Below are positions 30,240 through 39,881 of a stretch of DNA of 64,000 bases, one piece after another. Numbering within the stretch: position 1 is the stretch's first letter; every line of letters starts with the position of its first letter. The notes beneath the pieces are model-generated. The model did no database searches, was not told the DNA's origin, and was given only the letters and a program-made list of their open reading frames with translations. Location: NCBI GenBank assembly GCA_963774265.1, contig CAVZDU010000007.1:192001-256000 (forward strand). The letters are read 5' to 3'. The position numbers were made by a program, and so were the translations under genes. Source of the stretch: an uncultured Chloroflexia bacterium (GTDB lineage: Bacteria; Chloroflexota; Anaerolineae; CG2-30-64-16).

Positions 30240-31256
30240 CGAACGACCAACTCTCAGCCGCTGCTTGAAGTCAAGGACCTGCGCAAGTTCTTCCCGATCC
30301 GGAAAGGCTTCCTGCGCAAGACGGTCGGCTACGTGCGGGCCGTCGACGACATCAATTTCTTCATCAACGAAGGCGAGACGCTCGGGCTGGTGGGCGAGAG
30401 CGGCTGCGGCAAGACCACGGCCTCGCGCTGCATCCTGCGCGCGCTCGATCCCACGTCCGGGCAGATGCTCTTCCGCACCGGGAGCGGCGACGTCGTCGAC
30501 CTCGCCAGGCTCAACCGGGAGCAGTTGAAGCCGCTGCGCTCGCAGATGCAGATGATCTTCCAGGATCCCTACGGGTCGCTCAACCCCCGCATGACGCTGT
30601 TCGACATCGTCGGCGAGCCGCTGCTCATCGCCGGGATGCGCAACCGCAAGCAGCGTGAGGAACGGGTGGCGGAGCTGCTGCGCCTGGTCGGCCTGCGTCC
30701 CGAGTTCATGCAGCGCTTCCCGCACGCCTTCAGCGGCGGGCAACGCCAGCGCATCGGCATCGCCCGCGCCCTGGCCCTGAACCCGCGGCTGGTCGTCGCG
30801 GACGAGCCGGTCTCCGCGCTCGACGTCTCGGTCCAGGCGCAGACGCTGAACCTGCTGCTCGACCTGCAGAAGCGGCTGCATCTGACCTATCTGTTCGTTT
30901 CGCACAACCTGAGCGTGGTCAAGCACATCTGCGATCGCGTCACGGTGATGTATGTCGGCAAGATCGTCGAGACGGCTACGTCGCAGGAGCTGTTCGCCCG
31001 GCCACGGCACCCATACACGGCCGCGCTGCTGGCCGCGCTGCCCGTGGCCGACCCGCGCATCAAGACCGGCAACGTGGAGTTGCCCGGCGAGGTCGCCAGC
31101 CCCGCCCATCCGCCCTCGGGCTGCTACTTCCATCCGCGCTGCACCTACTGCATCGACCGCTGCAAGACCGAAGCGCCAGCCTATCGGGAAATCACGTCCG
31201 GCCACTACGCGGCCTGCCATCGCGCTGAGGAACTGAATCTGGCCGGCATGGCATGA
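30236..31256 (+). CDS. ABC ATP-binding protein (DppF-like), frameshift near 5' end
   Basis: [34 protein letters not shown]; ATGA overlaps at both ends. Confidence 0.9.
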
Positions 31257-32512
31257 GCATGATGACCTCGCGGGAACGCGTCCTGGCGGCGCTGCGCCAC
31301 CAGGAAGCCGACCGCGTGCCCATCGACCTGGGCGCGATGCGGTCGTCGGGCATCCAGGCCATCGCCTACAACCGGCTGAAGGCGCACCTCGGCATCGAAG
31401 GCGGCCAGACCATGCTGTACGACATCATGCAGCAACTGGCCCAGCCGGAGATGACCATCGTCGACCGCTTCCACCTCGACGCGCTGCCGCTGCCGCGTGC
31501 GGTGATCGGCCTCGACCCGGCCCGGCCGCGTTGGAAGCCGTGGCGCCTGCCCGACGGTTCGCCGGCGATCATCCCGGACGGCCTGGCGCAGACTGCCCCG
31601 GGACGACGGCGGGCTCGAGATACGCGATGAGGCCGGCCACATCCTCTATCGTATGCCGGCCGGAGGCTTGTATTACGAGCCGGTCTACGAGCCGCTGGCC
31701 CACGCCACCACATCGCTGAAATCGAGGCATGGCAGCCGCCGTCGATCTCCGATGCCGAGTTGGATTGGCTGGCCACCGAGGCTAAGCGCCTGCGTGCCAC
31801 GACTGACAAGGCCATCCTGGGCCTGACAGGGCTGAAGATCTACGAAGGGGCCCAGGGGGCGAGAGGCTGGCAGCGTTTCATGGAAGATCTGGCCGGGCAA
31901 CCTGCGCTGGCCGAGGCGCTGTTGCAGCGACTTGCCGATAGCGCTTGCGCCGATCTGGCGCGCTACCTCGATGCAGTGGGTGAATACATCGACATCGTGC
32001 AGGTGGGCGACGATCTGGGGACGCAGAACGGCCCGCAGCTCTCGCCTCGCATGTATCGCCGGCTCGTCAAGCCGTATCAGCAGCAGGTGTGGCAGTTCAT
32101 CAAGGCCCGCAGCGGCTTACCGGTGTTCCTGCACTGCTGCGGCGGCATCTATCCTCTCATCCCCGATCTGATCGAAGCCGGGCGTCGATATCCTGAATCC
32201 GGTGCAGATATCCGCCCTCGGCATGGATCCCGTCGCGGCTCAAGGCACGAATTCGGCCGGGATCTGGTCTTCTGGGGCGGCGGCGCGGATACGCAGCACA
32301 TCTTGCCCGAAGCGACGCCACAGCAGGTGGCCGATCACGTCCACCGGCAGATCGACATCCTGGCGCCGGGCGGTGGGTTTGTCTTCAACCAGGTTCACAA
32401 CATTCAGGCCAACGTGCCGCCGGAGAACATCGTCGCCATGTTGGACGCGGCGCTGGACTACGGGGCTTACGATTCGATCCGGGGACGGACATTCGCAGGC
32501 GAGGTCACATGA
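31253..32512 (+). CDS. Uroporphyrinogen decarboxylase/MtaA-CmuA superfamily protein, frameshifted
   Basis: [55 protein letters not shown]. Confidence 0.85.
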
Positions 32513-33334
32513 AATTCGCACTTCAATCTTTTATCTACTGCAACTACTCCCTGCAGTACGCCATCCGCAGCCTGGGCCGGATGGGTTATGATGGGATCGC
32601 CGTGTGGGGCGGCCGGCCGCACATGTACCGGCAGGACCTGCACGCACAACTGGCGCGAGATTCGCGACCTGCTTGCCGAGTATCGTATGGAGGTCTGCCA
32701 CGTCGTCCCGGCCCAGTTCCGTTATCCGTCGCTCCTGGCTTCCTCCAACGAGAAGGTTCGTCGCGATAGCGTTCGCTACATCATGGATAATGCGGATAAC
32801 GCACTTTTGCTCGGCGCGCCCTCGGTGCATGTGTGTGCGGGTTTCAGCCTGTTCGACGAGCCCCTGGAGCGGGGCTGGGAGTGCCTGCGACGGAGCATCA
32901 TCGAGATCCTGGAGTACATGCGCGGCACGGGACTGCGGCTCTACATCGAGCCTGCTCACCGCTTCGAATCCAACCAGATTCTGACCCTCGACGATGGCTT
33001 GCGGATGGTCCGCGAGATCGGTGATGCGCAGCTCGGCATCCTGCTGGACACCGGACATCTGCATGTCAACGGCGAGGACCTCGCAGAGGGTGTTGCGAAG
33101 CTGGGACCCTTGTTGGGGCATGTCGACCTGGATGACAACGATGGCTCAGCCGATGCCCACCTGACCCCCGGCGCAGGATCGATCGACTTCACACCATTCA
33201 TCGCCGAGCTCAAGCGCGCCGGCTACTCGGGCTACGTGGCGGCTGAGCTCGGCATGCAATACGTTCTTGACCCTGAACCCATCGCCGCCGCCAGCCTGGC
33301 ATGGATGCGGAAGGCCTTCGCAGATCGAGAATGA
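32509..33334 (+). CDS. Sugar phosphate isomerase/epimerase, frameshift near 32650
   Basis: WGGRPH, YIEP, LDTGH, HVDLDDNDG, PGAGSIDF. Confidence 0.82.
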
Positions 33335-33338
33335 CCCC

Positions 33339-34412
33339 TCAGGCCCCATGCCGTCGATAACGCTCCACGACCTCGTACACGGCAAACAGGTTGTCATCGG
33401 GCGTGCCGTAATCCATGTTGATGCAGCAGACGCCGGCCTTGTCGAGCGGCCCTGCGGCCAGCAACAGGTTTTCGACATCCCCGGCTATCTCTGCAGGCCT
33501 GCCTTGCAACATGCGAATCGGGCTCAGCCGCAGGTTCAGGAATGCGTCCGGCAGCGCCCTGCGGCACGCAGCGAGGTCGGAGCCCCAGCCGACGTCGTAA
33601 AACACGGAGCCGGTTTGGGCATATGCAGGGGCCACCCGGTGCATGTTGTTGCCGCAGTGGTGGATGCCAAACGGTTGGATCCGCTCGGCCATCCGTTTCT
33701 CAATGGGCAGGTGCAGGCTGCGGTAGCTGCTCGGGGAAATCATCTGCACTGAACAATTGGCATGGATGAAGAGCTGCGGATTGACGCGTTCAGCCATGCG
33801 GTTGACAGCGATCGAGCAACTGCCGGTGCGCCCTCGCACGTAGGAGGCGACGTCGACGATGAGATCGGCGATCACCTCCAGGACGCGCCGCACGCGCTCG
33901 GGTGCATCGTAGAAGTCCGCAAAAAGATCCTGGCCGTAGAAGTGATACGCGGCATTCAGGACGCCGTCTGTGTTCAGGTCGCCGATAAGATAGCCGTACT
34001 GCGCTTCCTGCTCGTCCCAGCTTGTAATGAGTTCGGTCATGGGTGACGTGGTCAGGACGTCCGGCTTCTCCAGTGCGTCGATCTGCTCTGCGGTCAGCTT
34101 GATCGGGAGCGGTTGGGGTGCCGCGTCCGGCGCGAACGCCACATCAGAACCCAGCAGCGCGGGGATGACGAATCCCCCCGCCACATGCAGGGAGCCCGCG
34201 ACCGGCCGCGGCTGTGGATCCTTCTGCCCCAGTCCGATGTCACCATAGCGCTCGTGGAGCACACGACGCATGATCACATCATTCTCTACGCGGGTCGGCC
34301 CGTCGAAATAGAAAGGCCGGTCGAAGGAGATGCCGCAGGTGTGATACCACCAGCTCGGATTGAAAACGAATTCGAGGGGCAGAAAGTCCCCCCTTGTGCC
34401 GTCAGCCATCAA
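33339..34412 (-). CDS. UroD/methyltransferase-like TIM barrel protein (second copy, divergent)
   Basis: HANCSVQMISP, GIHHCG, DVGWGSD, NMDYGTPDDN C-terminal pattern. Confidence 0.7.
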   Translation of the reverse strand: MMADGTRGDFLPLEFVFNPSWWYHTCGISFDRPFYFDGPTRVENDVIMRRVLHERYGDIGLGQKDPQPRPVAGSLHVAGGFVIPALLGSDVAFAPDAAPQPLPIKLTAEQIDALEKPDVLTTSPMTELITSWDEQEAQYGYLIGDLNTDGVLNAAYHFYGQDLFADFYDAPERVRRVLEVIADLIVDVASYVRGRTGSCSIAVNRMAERVNPQLFIHANCSVQMISPSSYRSLHLPIEKRMAERIQPFGIHHCGNNMHRVAPAYAQTGSVFYDVGWGSDLAACRRALPDAFLNLRLSPIRMLQGRPAEIAGDVENLLLAAGPLDKAGVCCINMDYGTPDDNLFAVYEVVERYRRHGA

Positions 34413-34430
34413 ACCCTCGCTCGTCCCGTG

Positions 34431-34862
34431 TCATTTGGATTGCTTGACGCTGGCATAGTCCCAGCCGTTGGCGGCGCAGTTGCCTCGAACGTGATCGTCC
34501 CAGGTGGGCTCATCGGCGGGCCGGGCGCCGGGAAACGCGTCAATGCTCAAGTAGCGCACAGGCACTTCGCCGTCATTGAGGATCAAGTGCAGCGTGTCCG
34601 GCGGGATGCGTACTACATCACCCGGCTTCACACGGAAGCGCTCGGCCATTTCAGGTCCGATGCGAAGCTCAGCTTCGCCCTGGATCATGTAGAAAACTTG
34701 CTCGGTGTCAGGATGTTTGTGGAGCGGCGGCGCTTCACCGGGCTCAAGCACCACGATGAAGACCTCGGTGACCGTCGACTCCGACCGGTCCAGGACAAGT
34801 TCGTTTACGTGGGTTGGAAAGCGGTAACGTGTTGTGTCGGTGGTGCTGAAGACGTATCTCAT
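34431..34862 (-). CDS. Cupin domain protein
   Basis: PLHKHPDTEQVFY..G and PGDVVRIPPDTLH cupin motifs. Confidence 0.85.
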   Translation of the reverse strand: MRYVFSTTDTTRYRFPTHVNELVLDRSESTVTEVFIVVLEPGEAPPLHKHPDTEQVFYMIQGEAELRIGPEMAERFRVKPGDVVRIPPDTLHLILNDGEVPVRYLSIDAFPGARPADEPTWDDHVRGNCAANGWDYASVKQSK

Positions 34863-34880
34863 GATTCTCCTCCCTCAGGA

Positions 34881-35879
34881 TTAGGCTGGACTCGGCTGGA
34901 CCGGTTCAGGCGCCGGACCACGCGCCCAGAGCGCGGCCAGGAGGCCGCCGGTGACGATCAGCCCGCCGCCCAGGAACTGGATCGGCGCGAGGCGCTCGTG
35001 GAGAAACAGTGCGCCTAACGCCACGCCAAACACAGGCAGCATATTATAGAACGCCATCGCGCCCGCGGGTCCAACCCGGCGCACCCCTTCATTCCACGCC
35101 AGATTTCCCAGGCAGGTCGCAAACACGCCGATATAAAGGATGGCCAGCACCACAGTGACCGTGATCGTGGGCGGCATCTGGCGCCACTCCAGGGCCGCCG
35201 CGGGCACGAGCAACGGTAGCGCAAACCACGTGGAGAACGTCGTGGCCCAGATGGCCGCACGATTGCGGGTGACGACCCGGCTCATCACGGAGTACAGTCC
35301 CCACATGATCACGTTCACCACCATGATCACGTCGCCAATGACCCGGGCGCGCCACTCCGGGGTGAAGCCGCCTGCCGCGCTGCTCTCCTTACCCCCGATC
35401 ACCAACAGGACGCCGAACAGCGAGAGGATCGCGCCGACAAGCTCACCGCGCGACAGGCGGGTGCGCAGGAGCCAGGCCGCCAGAAACGCGGTGATCAGCG
35501 GTCCTGAGCCATTGATCATGGAGGTGCTGCTGGCCGTGGTATAGTGCAGCGCGAGGTAGAGTGTTACAGGACACCCCACGATCCCGAGCAGCGCCATCCC
35601 CAACAGCCAGGGCCACTCAGAGCCAGCGGTCCCCCGTGGGCGGCCGAGACGGCGCTCGGGGAGCGGCAGGCGGAGCAGCAAGGGCAAGTACACGAGCGAG
35701 GCGACGGCCACCCGTCCCGCAGCCAGGGTGAACGGGCCGACCTGATTGCGTAGTGCGCGACCCAAGACCATATTCCCGGCCCAGAAGAGCGCGGCCAGGA
35801 TGACGAGGACGTAGGCCCAGCGCGCGTCATGGCGCCAATCTGACGTCGCGATGCGGGATACGGGATCGTCTCGGGTCAT
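34881..35879 (-). CDS. DMT/EamA family transporter
   Basis: About 10 TM helices; FWAGN, ALHYT, WNEGV, PVFG..LG.LFL.E. Confidence 0.9.
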   Translation of the reverse strand: MTRDDPVSRIATSDWRHDARWAYVLVILAALFWAGNMVLGRALRNQVGPFTLAAGRVAVASLVYLPLLLRLPLPERRLGRPRGTAGSEWPWLLGMALLGIVGCPVTLYLALHYTTASSTSMINGSGPLITAFLAAWLLRTRLSRGELVGAILSLFGVLLVIGGKESSAAGGFTPEWRARVIGDVIMVVNVIMWGLYSVMSRVVTRNRAAIWATTFSTWFALPLLVPAAALEWRQMPPTITVTVVLAILYIGVFATCLGNLAWNEGVRRVGPAGAMAFYNMLPVFGVALGALFLHERLAPIQFLGGGLIVTGGLLAALWARGPAPEPVQPSPA

Positions 35880-36053
35880 GGGATCTCAATTCGGGCGCAG
35901 GATGAGAACGCGTTTCACGATGTGCGTGGTTGCGGATTCTATCACATTTCTTCGTCTACCCGAATATCGCCATACCTTTTCGAAACCCCTTGTTGCACAT
36001 TCCCCCGGGTGCTATACTCTCGTGTATCAACCCACCGCGGCGGAGGAGAACTT

Positions 36054-36479
36054 TTGATCGCTTTAGAGACAGCGTGGAAGCTGAAGCGTGCTGGCCTAAC
36101 CTGGGAGCCTGGGGAGGGCGATCGCTTTGCCTTGCCCGATCGGGGAATGGATGACCGTGTGTTTGTCATCAACGATATGCCGGCGATGATCGAGCGGATC
36201 CACGGCGCAGAGATGGTGACCTTCCACGGCATGCCTGAGTGGGCGCTGGACTACGTCTACCTGCGTGAGGTGGTGTGGCTGCCGGAGGAAGGGCAACTTC
36301 GCGACCAACTCGGGGTACGGCTGGCGGCGGAGGGCACGGACGTATACGATCTGCTCTACGCAGATGGCGTGTACACCTGCCGGTTCGTGTGGCGGGACGC
36401 GGCGCTGGCTTTTACCGGTGGCGACGCGGTAGATGCCTATGCTGCGGCGCTGCTGCACGTGCTGCTGGGGGAGGCGTAG
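36054..36479 (+). CDS. Conserved hypothetical protein
   Basis: TTG start after GGAGGAG RBS; AGLTWEP..GDRF, EWALD, WLPEEGQLR blocks. Confidence 0.7.
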   Translation: MIALETAWKLKRAGLTWEPGEGDRFALPDRGMDDRVFVINDMPAMIERIHGAEMVTFHGMPEWALDYVYLREVVWLPEEGQLRDQLGVRLAAEGTDVYDLLYADGVYTCRFVWRDAALAFTGGDAVDAYAAALLHVLLGEA

Positions 36480-36556
36480 CCCAGCCCCGCTGCGCCCATG
36501 CCAAACAGCATGTAGAATCACTGGCCATCCACTTTTCAGCGACTTCCCCGGAATTC

Positions 36557-36622
36557 CTTTACCTATTCTTAACCTCACGACTGCACAGTCTTCACCTACA
36601 GATTGCCTCTTGGTTGCATAAT
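36557..36622 (+). promoter_or_regulatory. Candidate OmpR/PhoB-type direct repeats plus -10
   Basis: CTTTACCT (36557), CTTAACCT (36568), CTTCACCT (36590) at 11/22-bp spacing; CATAAT at 36617. Confidence 0.5.
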
Positions 36623-36673
36623 CTATTCGTAACTGAGCGCCCGCTCTTTCGGGCACCATCGGGAGGCACGAGT

Positions 36674-37069
36674 ATGAAGAAACCGACCAACCGCAAAGCC
36701 TTGATCGTTTCGGCTGTGTTGACGGCCCTGATCCTGGTTCTGGGGGGCACCGCGGTCTTCGCATGGGATCGCATTTCGGGGTCCAGCGCGACGAGGACCA
36801 ATGCCGCTGTGGATCCATCAGCATCTCTACCGGCGGCGTCAGCGCTCGCCGTCGACGGCCAGGCGCTCACGCTCGAACAGGCAAAGGCGGAGATCGCGGC
36901 CTACCAGACGCAACTCGAACAGGCCACCCAGGCGTTGAACGACGCGTACGCCCAGATCAACGCGCTGCAGGCGACGCAGAATCAGCCGGGTCGGGGCCAG
37001 TTCTTCGGTGAAGATGAGGGCCGCGAACACGAACGCGTCTTCATCTTCCAGGGAGACGGCAATGGCTGA
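36674..37069 (+). CDS. Membrane-anchored coiled-coil protein with acidic/His tail
   Basis: GGAGG RBS, N-terminal hydrophobic helix, heptad region, EDEGREHE tail. Confidence 0.7.
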   Translation: MKKPTNRKALIVSAVLTALILVLGGTAVFAWDRISGSSATRTNAAVDPSASLPAASALAVDGQALTLEQAKAEIAAYQTQLEQATQALNDAYAQINALQATQNQPGRGQFFGEDEGREHERVFIFQGDGNG

Positions 37070-37382
37070 GCCGGCACGCACGCCAACCGCCGGTCGATCG
37101 CCCCGGCGTTCGGCGACCGCAAGCGCGGCCTGGAAGAGCGGCCTTCTGGCCACCGGCATCGGCGTCGTACTTCTGGGCTGGACGCTGTTGGCCAAGGCTG
37201 AGGGCCCAGCGAACTCCGCAGCTCTCGCGCAGTCGCGGTCGAGCGTGTTGATCAGCCAGGCGCCGGCGAACAGCCTGAGCAGACAGCTCAGTCGGCAATC
37301 GGGCGCCTCCGGGTTCACAATGCCGTCTCTTCCGCAGGCGCCAGCCTTTCGGCGGCCTATCACTCGATCACGGGGCTCGTGA
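37062..37382 (+). CDS. Small membrane-anchored Ser/Ala-rich protein
   Basis: Overlaps upstream gene, one TM helix, C-terminal RRPITRSRGS; 1 nt before apbE. Confidence 0.65.
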   Translation: MAEPARTPTAGRSPRRSATASAAWKSGLLATGIGVVLLGWTLLAKAEGPANSAALAQSRSSVLISQAPANSLSRQLSRQSGASGFTMPSLPQAPAFRRPITRSRGS

Positions 37383-37383
37383 C

Positions 37384-38316
37384 GTGATCGAGCTGCACGA
37401 GCACCACTTCCGGGTAATGAACACCCAAATCTCGGCCTGGATGTGGCTGGATGGGCCCGTGGCTTCGATCTGGCTGAACGAAGCCGAAGCCTTCTTTCGA
37501 GAGATCGAGACGGAACTGAGCCGCTTCCGTCCCGAGTCTGGGTTGAGTCGGCTCAACGCGACGGCCGGAGATGGCCCCCAGGCTGTCTCCGGCACGCTCT
37601 GCACCGTGCTGGACCTGGCACTGGCTGCGGCCCGCGACAGCGGCGGCGTTTTCGACCCGACCGTGCTGCCCGCGCTGCGCAGTGCGGGCTACGATCGCAG
37701 CTTCGAGACCCTGGCCGCCAACATCGGGCCAGCGGTCGACACGAACACCGGCACATCGCCTGGCTGGCAACATGTGAGACTCGATGGGGCACTTGGCGAG
37801 GTCGAGCTGCCGGCTGGCATGGGGATTGACCTGGGCGGGATCGCCAAGGGCTGGACCGTGGACCGGGCCGCCGAGATGCTGGGCGCCTGGGGTGCAGCGC
37901 TCGTGGACGCAGGGGGTGACATCCGGGCCAGCGCGGCGCCCGGTGGTGAACCGTGGCCCATCGCGATCGAAGATCCATTCGACAACACCCACGACCTGGG
38001 CGTGATCCGGCTTGCGGATGGCGCTGTGGCCACCAGCAGCGTCGCGCGCCGGCGCTGGCAGCGCGATGGCAAGATGATGCACCACCTGATCGACCCGCGC
38101 ACCGGCAATCCGAGCGCCAGCGACCTGCTCGCCGTCACCGTGACAGCATCCACGACCGTGGAGGCCGAGGTGGCCGCAAAGGTCGCTTTGATTCTGGGCA
38201 GCCGCGAGGGCCGGGTCTATCTGGAGGACCGCGGGCTGTCCGGCCTGTTGGTGGGCCGCGATGGTCGGCAGCAGCTGGCAGGCAAGCTGATGATCGAGCA
38301 AATGGCGGAGGTATGA
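37384..38316 (+). CDS. apbE: FAD:protein FMN transferase
   Basis: LSRFRPESGLSRLN, FDPTV, DLGGIAKG, DAGGDI, ATSS, HHLIDPRTG. Confidence 0.92.
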   Translation: MIELHEHHFRVMNTQISAWMWLDGPVASIWLNEAEAFFREIETELSRFRPESGLSRLNATAGDGPQAVSGTLCTVLDLALAAARDSGGVFDPTVLPALRSAGYDRSFETLAANIGPAVDTNTGTSPGWQHVRLDGALGEVELPAGMGIDLGGIAKGWTVDRAAEMLGAWGAALVDAGGDIRASAAPGGEPWPIAIEDPFDNTHDLGVIRLADGAVATSSVARRRWQRDGKMMHHLIDPRTGNPSASDLLAVTVTASTTVEAEVAAKVALILGSREGRVYLEDRGLSGLLVGRDGRQQLAGKLMIEQMAEV

Positions 38317-38317
38317 T

Positions 38318-39076
38318 ATGAACCCGCAAAAACCTGCTGTCGGGCGCTCTGCTGTGGCCGTGCCGGACCGGCCAGTGCAGGCCGACCCCCGCGTGCATGC
38401 GGAACAAGCGGATTTGAACGACAGGGAAAGCATGTGGGGCACGATTCTGGGCGGGTTGATCGGCGTGGGACTGGCCGTCGCTGGGTTCGTGCTGGGCGTG
38501 GGGATCACCGGCTTGGCGGGGCAGACACGTTCGTTTTGGTATCTGAGCCGTTCGGCTGGTTTCGTGGCTTATCTGTTGCTGTGGGGCTCCATGGTGTGGG
38601 GGTTGTTGCTCAGCTCCAAAGTCGGGCAGGGCCGGCTGCGACCGCCTGCGCTGCTGGACGCACATGAATTCCTGAGCAATGTGTCGCTGGGTTTTGCTTT
38701 CTTCCACAGCCTGGTGCTGATGGGCGACCGCTACTTGAGCTTTCCACTGCAGGCGATCCTGGTTCCGTTTGCCAGCACATACGAGCCGGTCCTGGTTGCA
38801 GCAGGCCAGTTGGGGCTGTGGTTCTCGCTGTTCGTCAGCCTGAGCTTCCTTGTGCGCAAGCGAATCGGCCAGCGCCGCTGGCGCCAGCTCCATATGGTGA
38901 GCTTCGTGGCCTACTGGATCGTCCTGCTTCATGCGATCGTGCTCGGCACCGATACCCCATTGCTGGTCGTCAAGCTGTTTTACCTGGTCACGGCTGCGCC
39001 GGTGATCTTCCTGACCTTTTTCCGGATTTTCGGGGCACGACGCGGCGCACCAAGGGCGGCGGCTGTGGTAAGATAG
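38318..39076 (+). CDS. Ferric reductase-like (MsrQ-like) diheme membrane protein
   Basis: WYLSRSAG; four TM His (DAHEF, FFHSL, QLHMV, LLHAI); GTD. Confidence 0.85.
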   Translation: MNPQKPAVGRSAVAVPDRPVQADPRVHAEQADLNDRESMWGTILGGLIGVGLAVAGFVLGVGITGLAGQTRSFWYLSRSAGFVAYLLLWGSMVWGLLLSSKVGQGRLRPPALLDAHEFLSNVSLGFAFFHSLVLMGDRYLSFPLQAILVPFASTYEPVLVAAGQLGLWFSLFVSLSFLVRKRIGQRRWRQLHMVSFVAYWIVLLHAIVLGTDTPLLVVKLFYLVTAAPVIFLTFFRIFGARRGAPRAAAVVR

Positions 39077-39080
39077 GGGC

Positions 39081-39881
39081 ATGCCACAAGAGACGATTCT
39101 GCTCGCAGATGACGACGAGATGATCGTGGACGTGCTCCGCTACCGATTGGAGGCGGAGGGCTACACGGTTATCGTCGCGCGTGACGGCGAAGAAGCGTTG
39201 CATCTGGCCCTCAGCGCGAACCCGGACCTGGTGTTGCTGGATGTGATGATGCCGCGGTTGCAAGGCTGGGAGGTGTGTCGCCAGCTGCGACACACAAGCA
39301 CAGTGCCGATCTTGATGCTAACCGCGCGCGGGGAAGAGATGGACCGCGTGCTGGGCCTGGAATTGGGTGCGGACGACTACATCGTCAAACCGTTCAGCTT
39401 TCGAGAACTGCTGGCTCGCATCCACGCCCATCTACGCCGTATGACCCGGCTGGCGCCTGCCGGGCCGGCGCCGCAAGAAGAGGATGACCGCGTCACGCTC
39501 CACGACATCAGTATCGACCGCCGGCGGCATATCGTCACGCGTGCCGCCCAGCCGATCACTCTCTCTCCGCGGGAATATGACCTCCTGTTGGCCTTATTGG
39601 ATGCCAAGGGCGCGGTTATCGAGCGCGGCGACTTGCTGGATCAGGTCTGGGGCGAAGGATGGTTCGGCAACCCGCGCACGCTGGACGTGCACATCCGATG
39701 GTTGCGCGAAAAACTGGAAGCCGATCCCGCCAGCCCGCGGCTGATCCTCACGGTGCGCGGGTCAGGCTATCGCCTGGTCACACCGGATGAGCTGCGAGCG
39801 GGCTTCGCGCCGGCCCAGGGCGGTCGCAACTCCACCACAGGGGGTGGGGCCGGCGGAGCAGGACTGCCCGATGGATGTTAA
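39081..39881 (+). CDS. OmpR-family response regulator
   Basis: ADDD, LLDVMMP, LTAR, GADDYIVKPF, DVHIRWLREKLE, TVRGSGY. Confidence 0.95.
   Translation: MPQETILLADDDEMIVDVLRYRLEAEGYTVIVARDGEEALHLALSANPDLVLLDVMMPRLQGWEVCRQLRHTSTVPILMLTARGEEMDRVLGLELGADDYIVKPFSFRELLARIHAHLRRMTRLAPAGPAPQEEDDRVTLHDISIDRRRHIVTRAAQPITLSPREYDLLLALLDAKGAVIERGDLLDQVWGEGWFGNPRTLDVHIRWLREKLEADPASPRLILTVRGSGYRLVTPDELRAGFAPAQGGRNSTTGGGAGGAGLPDGC

Noticed and set aside
27939-31220. Long antisense ORFs (e.g. 27939-29435, 29547-31220; also 49574-50878, 59406-60704)
   Set aside because: Shadow ORFs expected from high-GC codon bias opposite real genes, with no recognisable motifs.
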